From contig OZ253442.1 in the NCBI GenBank assembly GCA_965261085.1, forward strand, positions 1,440,001-1,504,000: a stretch of 64,000 nucleotides of DNA. Reading direction: 5' to 3'. The position numbers and the translations under genes are program-made. This DNA comes from a bacterium. Lineage in GTDB: Bacteria > UBA8248. Of the stretch, positions 18,325 through 27,582 are shown one piece after another; positions within the stretch are counted from its first letter, which is position 1; each line of letters begins with the position of its first letter. The notes below the pieces were generated by a model. That model made no database searches. It was not told where the DNA came from and worked only from the letters and a program-made list of their open reading frames with translations.

Positions 18325-18354
18325 ATTGTAACCTATAACCTCTCAGGTTACAAT
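18325..18354 (-). promoter_or_regulatory. higBA promoter/operator; leaderless higB
   Basis: Perfect IR ATTGTAACCT-N10-AGGTTACAAT coinciding with TTGTAA-N17-TACAAT, 6 nt before the ATG. Confidence 0.8.
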
Positions 18355-18453
18355 CCCCTTTCAGCGTGAAAGGAGTTTTTCGTATATTCAACTCTAAGGA
18401 TTGGAAATTACCCGGTCGACAAGGGGCCCTGAAATTTTGGGGCCTTGTTGTTA

Positions 18454-19113
18454 CTACGGCCCCAGTCTCTCGACGCGCCACTCCCCGCTTGCTTCCAGCG
18501 TGTAGCGCACGCGGTCGTGGAGGCGGCTGTCCCTGTGCTGCCAGAATTCCACCGCGTGGGGTTTCAGGACGTAACCGCCCCAGTGGGGGGGACGCGGAAC
18601 GTCGCGGCCTGCGTATCGGGCTTCCAGGGCGCGCTCTTGCGCTTCGATAAAGGCGCGGGAGGGAATCACCCGGCTCTGGGGCGAGGCCCACGCGCCTATC
18701 TGGCTGCCGCGCGGGCGGGAGGCGAAATAGGCGTCAGAAACTTCTGCGGGCAGTTTTTCCACGACTCCCTCGGCGCGGACCTGCCGGGCGGGGGGCTTCC
18801 AGTGGAAGAGGATGGCGGCTCTTGCGTCGCGCGCGAGCTGCGCGGCCTTATCGCTCTCATAATTCGTGAAAAAGGGAAAGCCCGGCTCTGCGAAGCCGAG
18901 GTCGCTTAAGTCCTTGTAGAGCACGATGCGCGCAGCGGGCGCGCCGTCCGTCCCCACGGTGGCGAGCGTCATCGCGTCCTCACGGGGAATCGCAGCGCTT
19001 TTCGCCTGCGCGTACCAGCGGCGAAACTGCTCTACCGGATCGGCGGCCACGCTCGCTGTGTCGAGCGCTTCCGCCGCCATCTCGCGGATCAAGTTCTCGT
19101 CCATAGCGCTCAT
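18454..19113 (-). CDS. pdxH: Pyridoxamine 5'-phosphate oxidase
   Basis: AMTLAT, FFTNYESDK, YFASRPRGSQIGAWASPQS, PPHWGGY, EFWQHRDSRLHDR. Confidence 0.96.
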   Translation of the reverse strand: MSAMDENLIREMAAEALDTASVAADPVEQFRRWYAQAKSAAIPREDAMTLATVGTDGAPAARIVLYKDLSDLGFAEPGFPFFTNYESDKAAQLARDARAAILFHWKPPARQVRAEGVVEKLPAEVSDAYFASRPRGSQIGAWASPQSRVIPSRAFIEAQERALEARYAGRDVPRPPHWGGYVLKPHAVEFWQHRDSRLHDRVRYTLEASGEWRVERLGP

Positions 19114-19243
19114 GGGCCTGACCGATCCGAATCATCGCGGACCTCGGCCCGTATGACATTCTCGTCCATTGCGCTCATGGGCTTGGCGGCTCCGAATCAT
19201 CGCGGGCGTAGGCCTCTATCAAATTCTCGTTCATTTCGTTCAT
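19085..19243 (-). repeat. 65-bp tandem repeat (about 2.4 copies) encoding two 22-aa upstream ORFs
   Basis: ATGs at 19243, 19178 and 19113; MNEMNENLIEAYARDDSEPPSP*, MSAMDENVIRAEVRDDSDRSGP*, then MSAMDENLIRE (pdxH). Confidence 0.85.
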
Positions 19244-19288
19244 CAGTCAGAAACTCTTTCTGGCGGCGGAGTGGGGATATCGTTATTT

Positions 19289-19753
19289 CTACCCGGCCAC
19301 GCCGACCTGTACGATGCGGGGTTTGTCCACGCCCGCCACGCCCACGTATTTGAATGACTTGCCGTCCAGTTTGCGCGGCTGAAAGCCCTGGACGACGATC
19401 TTCTTGGCTCCGCTCAAGAGCGCGGCGAAGGGCGCGGCCTGCGACTTGGCGTTCACGTCGGTCGGGAACTTGAAGTTCGCCCCCGGTATGTTGGTGAACT
19501 CAATCCGGCCCTTGGCGTCGCTGATCCAGAATTCCGAGATCACCGATTCTTTCGCCACCTTGGCGAGGACGCCGTTGATTTCAGTTTTGTTCATGCCCGC
19601 CTTGAGCGCCGCGGCGATGAGGTGCGCCGTCAGGGTCGCTTCGGCGATCATGTGTTTCGAAACGGCGTCGTCCATCGAGCGGGCCTTCTCGACCCCGGCG
19701 CCCAGGCTGAGACAAAGAGCAAGGATCACGGCGGCTATGAGGGCTTTTGTCAT
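19289..19753 (-). CDS. Secreted stand-alone Cache/PAS-like sensor-domain protein
   Basis: Signal peptide; ISEFWISDAKGRI...SQAAPFAALL...FKYVGVAGVDKPRIVQVG resembles chemoreceptor periplasmic domains. Confidence 0.6.
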   Translation of the reverse strand: MTKALIAAVILALCLSLGAGVEKARSMDDAVSKHMIAEATLTAHLIAAALKAGMNKTEINGVLAKVAKESVISEFWISDAKGRIEFTNIPGANFKFPTDVNAKSQAAPFAALLSGAKKIVVQGFQPRKLDGKSFKYVGVAGVDKPRIVQVGVAG

Positions 19754-19869
19754 CGGGGTTTCCTCCGGATTTCGCCAAACGCGGGATGTTTTTCCTCGAA
19801 CATCCGCGAGATGATACTAGGCGCGGAAACCACCGCGCAAGGGGGCGGCTCTGCGACGCCGCTTCGCGT

Positions 19870-20559
19870 TCAGGCGTCCTTTTTCACCGGCTGTACGTCG
19901 TTCTGAGCGGGGTCGTTGGGGTGGACCCTGTCGGGCTGGATGTAGGGGGCCTGCATCTCGAAGATGTCCTGCGTGCGGCAGTATCGGGGGCCGCCCAGCC
20001 TGCCCACGGGCTGGAGCTTCGCCGGGTCGATGTAGTTTTTCCCCTCGATGGTCATCATCAAATCCTCGCGCACGTGCCAGCGCAGCACTTCGCCGATAAT
20101 GAGGTGCGTCACCCACTCCTTGCCAAAGGGAATCATGCGCTCGAAGCGGCACTCCATCGCCACGGGGGCGTCCTTGATGCGGGGGGCGTCCACCAGGTCT
20201 GCGGGAACCGTCTCTAGGCCCGCCGCCTCGAACTCGCTCTCATCGGGCGCGTAGTTGCCCGCGCAGACGTTCATCGACTCCTCCCAGCCGTTCACCACCG
20301 TGTGGATGACGTAGCCCTTGGTATCGAGAATGTTGCGCGCGGTGTCCTTGGGCTTGTTCTCGCGCTCGCCGACGGAAATCGACGCCATCGGCGGATGGTG
20401 CGACACCATGGTGAAGAAGCTGAAAGGGGCGAGATTCGCGACGCCCGCAGCGCTCATGGTGCTCACCCAGGCGATGGGCCGGGGGACGACCGAGCCGATG
20501 AGCAGGCGGTAAATCTGCTGGTGGTCTATCTCAGCGGTGTCGAAGACGCGGTAGTTCAT
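19870..20559 (-). CDS. Flavin reductase-like (DIM6/NTAB family) protein
   Basis: VVPRPIAWVST, NLAPFSFF, KDTARNI, PVGRLGG. Confidence 0.92.
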   Translation of the reverse strand: MNYRVFDTAEIDHQQIYRLLIGSVVPRPIAWVSTMSAAGVANLAPFSFFTMVSHHPPMASISVGERENKPKDTARNILDTKGYVIHTVVNGWEESMNVCAGNYAPDESEFEAAGLETVPADLVDAPRIKDAPVAMECRFERMIPFGKEWVTHLIIGEVLRWHVREDLMMTIEGKNYIDPAKLQPVGRLGGPRYCRTQDIFEMQAPYIQPDRVHPNDPAQNDVQPVKKDA

Positions 20560-20562
20560 CTT

Positions 20563-21696
20563 TTATCCTTGTGTCGTGAGGGGAGAGGGAGCGTCTTGGC
20601 TCTCAGCGGGGTATTCGAGCCGCGCGGGGTTCGTGTCTTTTAAGAGCGGCATCACCTCGCGCCCGAAAATCTCCGCTTCTTCCAGATGCGGCCAGCCCGA
20701 GAGGATGAAGTTGCGAACGCCCAGATCGACGTATTCCTTAAGGGCAGCGGCCACCATCTCCGGCGTGCCGACCAGCATGGCGGCTGCGCCAGAGCGCACC
20801 TTGTTCACGCCCATCCAGAGGGTATCGGTGAGCCAGGGGGAGCCGCCCTCGTAGAGTTCGTTCATGCGGCGCTGGCCCTCGCTTTCGGAATGATTGCGCT
20901 GGTCGGCCCACATGCCCGTGTTCTCAAGCGCGCTGTCTTCTAAAAGCGCCTCCGCCGCGCGGCGGGCTTCTTTCTTGGTTTCGCGGCACATCACGTGGAG
21001 CCTGAGGCCGAAGCGCAGGTCATCCCGCCCCGCTTCCTCTGCGCGGCGGCGCATGTCCGCAGCGTCATCTGCGACTTGTTCGGGCGCCACCGCCCACATC
21101 ATGTGCACGTCGGCGTGCTTGGCGCCCACCCGGCGGCCGGCTTCGGAGCTTCCTCCCAGGAATATCGTGGGGTGCGGCTTGGAGACGGGCTTGGCGTAGA
21201 GCGTGGCGTTCTCGATCTGGTAATACTTGCCCGAATAACTGACCGGCTCATCGCTCGTCCAGAGCGCCTTCACGACGTCTAAGAACTCCTCCGTCCGCTC
21301 GTAGCGCTCCGCGTGGGCGAGGTGATCGCCGTAGCGTTTCTGATCAAGCGGCGTCGAGCCCGTCACCACGTTCACCGTGAGCCGCCCGCCCGTTACGGCG
21401 TCATACGTGTTCGCCTGCTGGGCGGTGAGTACGGGGCTCGAAAGCCCGGGCCGGAAAGCCACGCAAAATTTGATGCGCTCCGTGCGCTGGGCCACGGCCA
21501 GGGTGATCATCCAGGCGTCGAGGCAATGCGTGCCCGTCGGCACGAGGAGATTCACGAAGCCCACCGCCTCCGCCGCGCGCGCGACTTCGCTTATGTACTC
21601 CACCGTCGGGGGACGCTCGGGAGTCTTGGCGTTGATGGTGTGGCCGTCGCCGTATCTTCCCGTCGGCAGAAACCATGCGTATTCAGTGAAGGTCAA
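20563..21696 (-). CDS. LLM-class flavin-dependent monooxygenase (SsuD-like)
   Basis: WFLPTGRYGDG, VAFRPG, GGRLTVNVVTG, GGSSEAG, LVGTPEMVA, FILSGWPHLEEA. Confidence 0.92.
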   Translation of the reverse strand: MTFTEYAWFLPTGRYGDGHTINAKTPERPPTVEYISEVARAAEAVGFVNLLVPTGTHCLDAWMITLAVAQRTERIKFCVAFRPGLSSPVLTAQQANTYDAVTGGRLTVNVVTGSTPLDQKRYGDHLAHAERYERTEEFLDVVKALWTSDEPVSYSGKYYQIENATLYAKPVSKPHPTIFLGGSSEAGRRVGAKHADVHMMWAVAPEQVADDAADMRRRAEEAGRDDLRFGLRLHVMCRETKKEARRAAEALLEDSALENTGMWADQRNHSESEGQRRMNELYEGGSPWLTDTLWMGVNKVRSGAAAMLVGTPEMVAAALKEYVDLGVRNFILSGWPHLEEAEIFGREVMPLLKDTNPARLEYPAESQDAPSPLTTQG

Positions 21697-21814
21697 GTTC
21701 GCTCATCCCCCGCGATGCGGACGGAAAAGGGCGGCCCGCCGCATGGGCCGCCCGCATATCCTCGTATCATCTCAAGCGCCCCCTCGCTTCCGGGGCGTTT
21801 TTTCCACTCTTCTT

Positions 21815-22462
21815 CTAGGCGGAAGCCGCCGCTTCGGCCTGCTCGGAGAGCAATTCGTCGAGCAACTCCTCGATGCGCGCAGCCTCCATCCAGTCGGACT
21901 TGTAGGCGATTTTGCCTTCCTTATCCACGATGAACGTCATGTTCGGCATGCGGCCGAATGCGTGCACGACGCTCTCGTCCAAGTCGTCGATCAAAACGGG
22001 CACCTTCATGCCGAATTCCGCCACGAGTTCCGCCGCGTATTTTTTCTTGTGCTCATACGTCTCGTGCTGCGCGTATTTCTTGAAGTGGCTCGTCTCCCCG
22101 GCGTGGGGTTCCTTGGAATACACGACGAAGAATACGACGTCCTCACCCTGGTATTTCTCCTGCAAGCTCTCGACGCCGGCCACCTGCCGGCGGTAGGGGG
22201 GTCACGTGATGGCCCCGAACTCGATGACGATGTTCTTCTTGCCAAAGAAATCAGAGAGGTCGAACGCGGCGTCCTCGGTGGCCTTGAGACGGACGTCCGG
22301 CATCGGGTCGCCCGGCTTCAGGGTGTCGCGGAACGCTTGTTTGCGCTCTTTTCGAGCTCCCATGAGGTTTCGTTTCAAAAACTTCCACTTGTCGATGTAG
22401 AACGCGCTCCAAAGCCCGAACAGCGGACCCGGCGGCCTGTCGAATTCATCCACTTCTCGCAT
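21815..22462 (-). CDS. Deiodinase-like/AhpC-TSA thioredoxin-fold selenoprotein (in-frame UGA read as Sec at 22202-22204)
   Basis: Two track ORFs are in frame across TGA: EFGAIT-U-PPYRRQV; downstream VYSKEPH; SECIS-like hairpin after the UGA. Confidence 0.88.
22174..22192 (-). promoter_or_regulatory. Bacterial SECIS-like hairpin
   Basis: CGCCGGC-AGGUG-GCCGGCG begins 9 nt after the UGA; the loop has G at its second position. Confidence 0.72.
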
Positions 22463-22603
22463 ACTCACTCCAGATATGGGGTCATGAAAATTTGTTTCCC
22501 CATTAAAAACGAACGAAGCGCGAAGCGCAAGCACGGGGGGAGTGGCGCGCGGGGGTGAGGGGGGGATTAAGGGGTTAGGGGGAGTACTCGGTGAGAGGAA
22601 AGA

Positions 22604-24844
22604 TTATGGGGATCCATTCTGGGATTCCAGCCCATCTGTACTCATCATCATCTTGTAATGAGCGATGTGCCCAGCTTCTTCGAATATTCGCTTGAAAACG
22701 TTCAGATAAATTTGAACATCTGAATCATTAGAGACGTAGAGCGAATCGTGGGCAGAGTGCGAGCCGTCGTTGACCCAAGAGAATAATGAATTGCAAATTT
22801 GTTTTTCTTTCCCTTTAAAATGCTCACAGAGATCGTTGAAATCTACTCCCCCTAGAATCTTGAAATAGTTCTCAAGAATCCTTCGGAGCGTATTTTGAAT
22901 CGCCAAGTTATTCCGGTCGCTATTGCGTACTTCGTCCCACAAGAGTTCATATCCGGTTTTAATTGGATTCGTTTTGTAGCCCTTAATTTTAGAGATGATG
23001 TTAGATTTTCTCACTATCCAGAATGTTTCGTCTTTTAGTTTCTGATTTTCGTCTCTCCTTGAGTCAAAAGAAACCTGCTTGTGAAAATAGACGTTGTGGG
23101 TAAGAACAAAAACTTGTTTGATGGTCCCAGGGCTGTTTCTCATTTCGTCAAAGAGTTTTTGTATCAAAGTGCTGACGATAAAAAGGATGTCGCTGTCGAG
23201 GCTGGATACTGGATCATCGAAAACGACTACACGATCTGATGTGATACCGCTTTCTGATATGCTGCCTTTGAGCAAATGGTAGAAATACAGAAAAGCAACA
23301 AAGCTCTTCTCTCCTTCGCTGAGCGTTGTTTTGGCGTCGGAATGATCAGCACGCTCAATTTTGTAGAACCTGTCGCGGTCGGATTTCGCAAGAGAGAAGC
23401 CTTGGAATCCAAACTCTGTGAGGAAATCGTTTATATCGTCAATCGTAGGTTGAATGCTGGTCGTGTCTTTTTCTAGATTTTTGATTTCTTCTTCTTTGCT
23501 TCGTTCCTTCACAGTCTCTTCTTCGATCTGTTTCTCAAGGTTGGCTATCGCCTTCTCGATATTTTCCTTCTTTTTTTTATAGCTGGCCAAATCGTCTTTG
23601 ATTTCATGATCAAGCAGATATCTCCACACTTGAGCCGTAAGTTCGGATTTCTCTGCTGTTAGATTCTCAACCACTTTGTTGTGGTTACTAATGTCAGTGT
23701 TTGCGGCATCCAAAAGCCTCTTGATGGCATCAAAATTTTCATTTAGAGATTCAAGTTCAACTTCTTTGCTTGGTTCTTGTATTTTCCCCTCAATACGTTG
23801 GATATTTAGATTCATGCTGGGGTCGAGAAGGTCGCTTGCAGCTTGTAGTTTTTCATTGTCAAGGTGCCTTATCGGATTCGTGAGGAGAGTCTGCAAGTTT
23901 TGTCGCAGGTGCTCGGAATCAGACTTATAGTTTTCGTAAAGTTTTTCAATCACATCAGAATCAGCCTTAAAGGTATCGTCGAAGTACTCATTCAAACTTT
24001 GCTCTAGTAAAGGCTCGGTGTCTTGTTGGCAAAAAGGACAAGTAGGTTTTGATTTCTCATAAAACCCTCGGCCTTGTTTGACCCAGTCGCTGTTGCTAAG
24101 TTTTTTGATTATCGCCGCAATGTCGACATCAGATTTTCCAATGACTGGCTTTTGCAGAATCGGGTTGGTTTCGTGAGTGAGCAGAGCCTTTAAATCGGGG
24201 AGTCTAAGCAACTCCTCACGCTGAGGAGTTTCACCAAAAACGGTTTTAGCCCTCTGTTTTAAGTCGTCGAGCGGAGCAAAAGTGGCAGAATTAAGTCTCG
24301 ATTCCTCGATTAGTTTTTTCTTAAATTTCTCTTTGTCTGCCCGATATCCCCTGAGTGCTTCCTTAAAGGGCTCATCGTGTTTTTGCTTCAACTCCCAGAA
24401 TTTTTCGGTAAATTCCTTTTCGCATTCTTGCAACTCTTTACGCTTCCCGCCGTTGCCTTGGTCGTCTTCAAGAGTGTCTCTAAATTTAGCAATGTGGTCT
24501 TTTATGGAATCCAGTTCTTCTTTGGCGCGAGTAATTTGGGCGAGAGTTTCCTTGTCCTTCTCGCCTAGAGTGAAAATCCCTTCGAGTTCATCCGGCTGGT
24601 TGAAGTTCTTATCGATGAAATCACGATTGTAGACTAATGTTTTCAGTTCTGTTTCGTCCTGCCAAGTTATTGCGCAGTCTGAATAGTCTTTAGAATAGTC
24701 TGGGTCATTCGCAATCGCCCGAGAGATCGTTGTCTTCCCTGTAGCGTTTGAGCCGTAGACAAAATTGATCTTCTCTAAACCATCTAACTCCTCTGGAGAT
24801 TCTCCATAGGTTGCAACTTTCTTGATGCTAATCTTCTTGATCAC
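22604..24844 (-). CDS. AAA_13 / RloC-like ABC ATPase with zinc hook and C-terminal HEPN
   Basis: Walker A GSNATGKTT, CPFC hook within coiled coil, LSEGE signature, VVFDDPVSSLD, LTHN, LRRILENYF...NDGSH; low GC. Confidence 0.88.
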   Translation of the reverse strand: MIKKISIKKVATYGESPEELDGLEKINFVYGSNATGKTTISRAIANDPDYSKDYSDCAITWQDETELKTLVYNRDFIDKNFNQPDELEGIFTLGEKDKETLAQITRAKEELDSIKDHIAKFRDTLEDDQGNGGKRKELQECEKEFTEKFWELKQKHDEPFKEALRGYRADKEKFKKKLIEESRLNSATFAPLDDLKQRAKTVFGETPQREELLRLPDLKALLTHETNPILQKPVIGKSDVDIAAIIKKLSNSDWVKQGRGFYEKSKPTCPFCQQDTEPLLEQSLNEYFDDTFKADSDVIEKLYENYKSDSEHLRQNLQTLLTNPIRHLDNEKLQAASDLLDPSMNLNIQRIEGKIQEPSKEVELESLNENFDAIKRLLDAANTDISNHNKVVENLTAEKSELTAQVWRYLLDHEIKDDLASYKKKKENIEKAIANLEKQIEEETVKERSKEEEIKNLEKDTTSIQPTIDDINDFLTEFGFQGFSLAKSDRDRFYKIERADHSDAKTTLSEGEKSFVAFLYFYHLLKGSISESGITSDRVVVFDDPVSSLDSDILFIVSTLIQKLFDEMRNSPGTIKQVFVLTHNVYFHKQVSFDSRRDENQKLKDETFWIVRKSNIISKIKGYKTNPIKTGYELLWDEVRNSDRNNLAIQNTLRRILENYFKILGGVDFNDLCEHFKGKEKQICNSLFSWVNDGSHSAHDSLYVSNDSDVQIYLNVFKRIFEEAGHIAHYKMMMSTDGLESQNGSP

Positions 24845-25249
24845 ATTGACCTCACAAATTGAAGAGATTCCAAGGACTGGAATTTCAGTTCGTCGTAATT
24901 TGATGGTGCGAGGGCGAGAACATCTTAGTCTCGAAAAGGCATCGATGTTTTCTAAAGGGGAGTATTGCTTGAAGTGGTACTACCCCAAACAGGAAATACC
25001 TACCACAATATAATGTTATTTTCAATTTTTGCATCATAGATTTGGCATATTTAATTATTTTAATTTCTGACATTGTGCGCTAATGTAATAGTGAAAGACG
25101 GTAAAAATTCCTCCCGCCCCATCGATCTCATCGACACGCTTTATCGCCCGAGCGGAGTCGTAGTACATCTTCTGGAAAACTCGTTCAATTTCGTGTATAT
25201 TCCGGCATAGATAGGCAGTGTATCTGCTCTCCCCCCGAAGGAAATCCGA

Positions 25250-25786
25250 ATGACAATCCGCTTTGAGATGAACGAAAACAAGGTCATCGAAGTTTTGTCC
25301 TGGCTGGCGAATGAACAGCCGGGGATCGGTGCTTTTCACGTCTCGAAGGTTCTCTATTATGCGGACAAGGAACACTTGAACCTCTACGGCAGGCCTGTTT
25401 TAGGGGATACATATATCCGAATGGAATTTGGCCCTGTGCCTTCGAAAACATACGATCTGATCAAGAAAGAGAAACTGGAGCAAAGCGTCATAAAGAAATT
25501 CAGGGAAGCCGTTGATGTCCGCGGGGGTTTTCGGCACTTGCATCCCCTGCGGGAGCCGAACATGGAGATGCTTTCACGGACGGATATCGAATGCCTGAGG
25601 AATGCGCTCAAAAAATACGGAACTCGTGATTTTGGAGTTCTGAGTAGAATTTCACATCGTGAGACTGCATGGACGAAGGCGCAGGAAAACGGGCCGATGG
25701 ATTATGAACACATGATTGAACAAGGCCCTAACCAGGAAGAGATCATACAAAATCTCAAAGAGTATTCGCACCAAATCGCATTTTAA
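25250..25786 (+). CDS. Panacea (DUF4065/SocA-like) antitoxin
   Basis: KVLYYAD, FGPVPS, LSRISH...AW motifs. Confidence 0.88.
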   Translation: MTIRFEMNENKVIEVLSWLANEQPGIGAFHVSKVLYYADKEHLNLYGRPVLGDTYIRMEFGPVPSKTYDLIKKEKLEQSVIKKFREAVDVRGGFRHLHPLREPNMEMLSRTDIECLRNALKKYGTRDFGVLSRISHRETAWTKAQENGPMDYEHMIEQGPNQEEIIQNLKEYSHQIAF

Positions 25787-25789
25787 GCA

Positions 25790-26143
25790 ATGCTGTCCGG
25801 CGACGTCTTTCACTACCATAGCCGTATTACCAGACCGCCAAAAGACAAGTTCATCATCTGTGTTTGCCCGATAGAATTATTGTTCTTTTTCATAAATTCC
25901 AATCCACCCATCCCGGTGGGTGCGGGGGTCGAAATTACGCCATCTGAACTTCCTTGCCTGAGTCACGTATCTTATGTTGATACGTCCATGATGATAATGG
26001 TTTATCCAGAAGAACTGGATGAGACATCAGCGAGGGGCAAGATATTGCTGCCCTTGCGTCGAAAGATTGTGACGTGCGCCCGAAGTCACGGAATTCTCCC
26101 GGAGAGATTCTTGCATTTATTAGAGGAAAATTTCCTTACATAG
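25790..26143 (+). CDS. Hypothetical protein, probable cognate toxin of the Panacea antitoxin
   Basis: 3 bp after the antitoxin; GDV..., PKDKFIICV, FFFINSN, LSHVSYVD suggest a PemK/MazF-like SH3 barrel. Confidence 0.55.
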   Translation: MLSGDVFHYHSRITRPPKDKFIICVCPIELLFFFINSNPPIPVGAGVEITPSELPCLSHVSYVDTSMMIMVYPEELDETSARGKILLPLRRKIVTCARSHGILPERFLHLLEENFLT

Positions 26144-26332
26144 TTTTCAGTCTAACTTCCTTGGGTAAGGTTGGATCTGATCCCACCCCCCTCCCCCATA
26201 GACAAACGCAAAGCCGTGTTTTACCTTCGGTTGAGAGAAAAAACAGGATGGAAAGGCTGTGCGGCGCCCGCCGAACCGGGTGATTTTCAGCCTTTCGTTT
26301 CCGGGGTTCATCCGCAATGCCGAGGTGAGAGA

Positions 26333-27205
26333 GTGAAATACCCCCTGCCGGAGATTCGCCACGATCATGAGAGTTTCGAAGCGCTGGCGGGCCTCCATGC
26401 GCGGACGAAGGATTGCTATCTCGAGGAAATCGAGATCGATTTAAGCGAAACGGCGTATTTCGAGGCCGATATGTGCGCGGCCCTGGGCGCGATTCTCTAT
26501 CGTCTGGGGCGTCAACTGAACACGGTGCGCCTCGTCGGCGTCACCGGGGAGGTGGCGGAAACGCTTTCTAAAAACGGGTTTCTGAGCCACTACGGGCGGG
26601 CGAAACTGCCCGATTCCTGGGGAGCGGCCGTTTCTTATAGAAGGTTCGACGTGCGCGACGATCACCATTTCTCGGGCTACATCGAGCGCGAACTCATCGA
26701 TCGCCCAGGACTCCCCGAGATGCCGCCGGGTCTGGTGAAGAAGTTCCGCGAAAGCATTTTCGAGATATTCAGCAACGCCGTGCTGCATTCCGACACCAGG
26801 CTGGGGATATTCAGTTGCGGGCAATACTTCCCGGAGCTTGAGCGGTTCGATTTCATGGTGACCGACCTTGGCGTCGGCATGCGGCGCAACATCAGGGACC
26901 GCATGGGGCGCAGCTTGGGGTCGGTGGATGCGATCATCTGGGCGACCGAGGAGCACAATACGACCAAGCGCGCCGGCGTGCCGGGCGGGCTGGGCTTGAA
27001 ACTGCTCGGCGAGTTCATCGAGGCGAACGGCGGCTGCATCCGCATCGCCTCCGACGGCGGGTATTGGCAGAAGAAGAAAACCGAGGTCTCCACCGCGACG
27101 CTCGCCCACCCTTTTCCGGGCACCGTGGTGAGTCTCGAGGTCAAAACCTCGGACGCAGGCGCCTACAGGGTCGCCTCCGGGGTGAGCGTCGACGATATTT
27201 TCTGA
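26333..27205 (+). CDS. GHKL/HATPase_c (anti-sigma kinase-like) ATP-binding protein with STAS-like N-terminus
   Basis: N box EIFSNAVLHS, G1 DLGVG, G2 GGLGL, PGTVV; GTG start after GAGG. Confidence 0.82.
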   Translation: MKYPLPEIRHDHESFEALAGLHARTKDCYLEEIEIDLSETAYFEADMCAALGAILYRLGRQLNTVRLVGVTGEVAETLSKNGFLSHYGRAKLPDSWGAAVSYRRFDVRDDHHFSGYIERELIDRPGLPEMPPGLVKKFRESIFEIFSNAVLHSDTRLGIFSCGQYFPELERFDFMVTDLGVGMRRNIRDRMGRSLGSVDAIIWATEEHNTTKRAGVPGGLGLKLLGEFIEANGGCIRIASDGGYWQKKKTEVSTATLAHPFPGTVVSLEVKTSDAGAYRVASGVSVDDIF

Positions 27206-27216
27206 GAAAGGGAACC

Positions 27217-27582
27217 ATGATGCGCAAGGATATCGCCATATCCATTTTCGAAGTGGTGGGCAGTCCTCTTTGCGTCGCTTCGGGCGATGGCCAGAAGGTG
27301 TATGAGCGTCTTGCGTCGGTGCTCGCGGAAGAATACGGCGCGGTGCTCTCGTTCCACAACGTCCATATGCTGACCTCGGCCTTTTTGAACACCGCCATAG
27401 GCCAGTTGTACGGCAAATTCACAGAGGAGCGGATTCGCTCCTCCTTGAGCGTGGTGGACATGGAGCCCGAGGACGTAGCACTTCTCAAGCGCGTCGTCGA
27501 GACGGCCAAGCGCTACTTCAAGGACCCCGAAAGATTCGAGCAGGCGAGCCGCGACGCGCTTGAGGACGATGATGACGCGTGA
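27217..27582 (+). CDS. STAS-like domain protein (DUF4325-like)
   Basis: LSFHNVHMLTSAFLNTAIGQLY; SD AAGGGA. Confidence 0.82.
   Translation: MMRKDIAISIFEVVGSPLCVASGDGQKVYERLASVLAEEYGAVLSFHNVHMLTSAFLNTAIGQLYGKFTEERIRSSLSVVDMEPEDVALLKRVVETAKRYFKDPERFEQASRDALEDDDDA

Noticed and set aside
19085-19243. 65-bp periodicity as CRISPR repeat-spacer units
   Set aside because: Similarity extends across the whole unit and includes the pdxH coding start; only about 2.4 copies.
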